A program made the translations under genes and the position numbers. From positions 1 through 28,212 of the forward strand of contig JBBIUY010000038.1 of NCBI GenBank assembly GCA_037440005.1: a stretch of DNA of 28,212 nucleotides, given 5' to 3'. Positions 27,862 through 28,212 of the stretch are shown here, piece after piece; the stretch's first letter is position 1; every line of letters starts with the position of its first letter. The DNA comes from Armatimonadota bacterium (GTDB lineage: Bacteria > Sysuimicrobiota > Sysuimicrobiia > Sysuimicrobiales > Kaftiobacteriaceae). The notes below the pieces were generated by a model. That model worked only from the letters and a program-made list of their open reading frames with translations, was not told where the DNA came from and searched no databases.

Positions 27862-27941
27862 CACGGCTCCCACTGTAGCGGGCGGGCCGGGCGCCGTCCA
27901 GCGCTCCCCGCAGGAGGCAGGACGCCGCCGATCCCCGGATC

Positions 27942-28212
27942 TCAGGGCGGAATGAGGGTGGTTTGCCAGACCGCCAGCCGCCACCGCCCTCCATCCAGCG
28001 TGTAGACCGCCGTGTACCAGACGTCAACAGTGCGTGGCTGACCTGCGGCAGCCATCCGGACGTGCGCGCGCCCGACCACGGCGGCTGCCGCGGGCGAGAG
28101 CAGCTTCACGTCGCGGTGACGCAGGGTGAACTCGAGATAGCGCAGGGCGCCCGACCCCAGCGTGGCGAGGAACCGCTCCTTTGTCTCACGCCGCCCGGTC
28201 GAGTGCACATAA
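27942..28212 (-). CDS. NTF2-like / DUF4440 family protein, 3' part (start outside the window)
   Basis: YVHSTGRRETKERFL...Y, AVVG, YTAVY....GRWRLAVWQTT; frame open to the window end. Confidence 0.75.
   Translation of the reverse strand, partial: YVHSTGRRETKERFLATLGSGALRYLEFTLRHRDVKLLSPAAAAVVGRAHVRMAAAGQPRTVDVWYTAVYTLDGGRWRLAVWQTTLIPP

Noticed and set aside
3651..28005. Many long plus-strand ORFs (e.g. 3651-5726, 16391-18478, 21134-23371, 26476-28005)
   Set aside because: Antisense shadows of well-supported genes in GC-rich DNA; no recognisable motifs.
1..28212. CRISPR arrays, tRNA/rRNA genes, IS elements
   Set aside because: No spaced direct repeats, cloverleafs or transposase motifs; intergenic gaps are short.

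Overview
Very GC-rich bacterial chromosomal window, with almost every gene on the minus strand. The lineage is uncertain; a thermophilic Terrabacteria member such as Armatimonadota is a guess from gene order and composition. Reading right to left: partial NTF2/DUF4440-like gene, MFS efflux pump, FGGY sugar kinase and RidA. Next comes a compact accessory operon: arsR - doxX - DsbA/FrnE-like protein - lon - SAM methyltransferase - SpxH/YjbH-like DsbA protein - doxX. A plus-strand pspC-like gene follows, then the conserved block topA-xerC-rpsB-tsf-pyrH-frr-(small PASTA-like ORF)-uppS-cdsA-dxr-rseP-ispG. The window ends with mgtC, rhomboid, an archaeal-type SAM synthetase, a TolB-like lipoprotein, an FmdB zinc ribbon and three membrane proteins. 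Main observations: (1) the DsbA-like gene before lon is truncated in the ORF track because its active site reads TGA-GCG-TGG-TGC (U-A-W-C), followed by a SECIS-like hairpin, so it is probably a selenoprotein; (2) the CDxxTGxC motif that I recall at the N-terminus of SpxH-like DsbA proteins sits in the upstream methyltransferase frame, separated from the DsbA frame by a C7 run, suggesting a frameshift or fusion; (3) together these form a candidate ArsR-controlled, selenium/thiol-redox-linked Lon proteolysis module. No rRNA, tRNA, CRISPR array or mobile element was seen.
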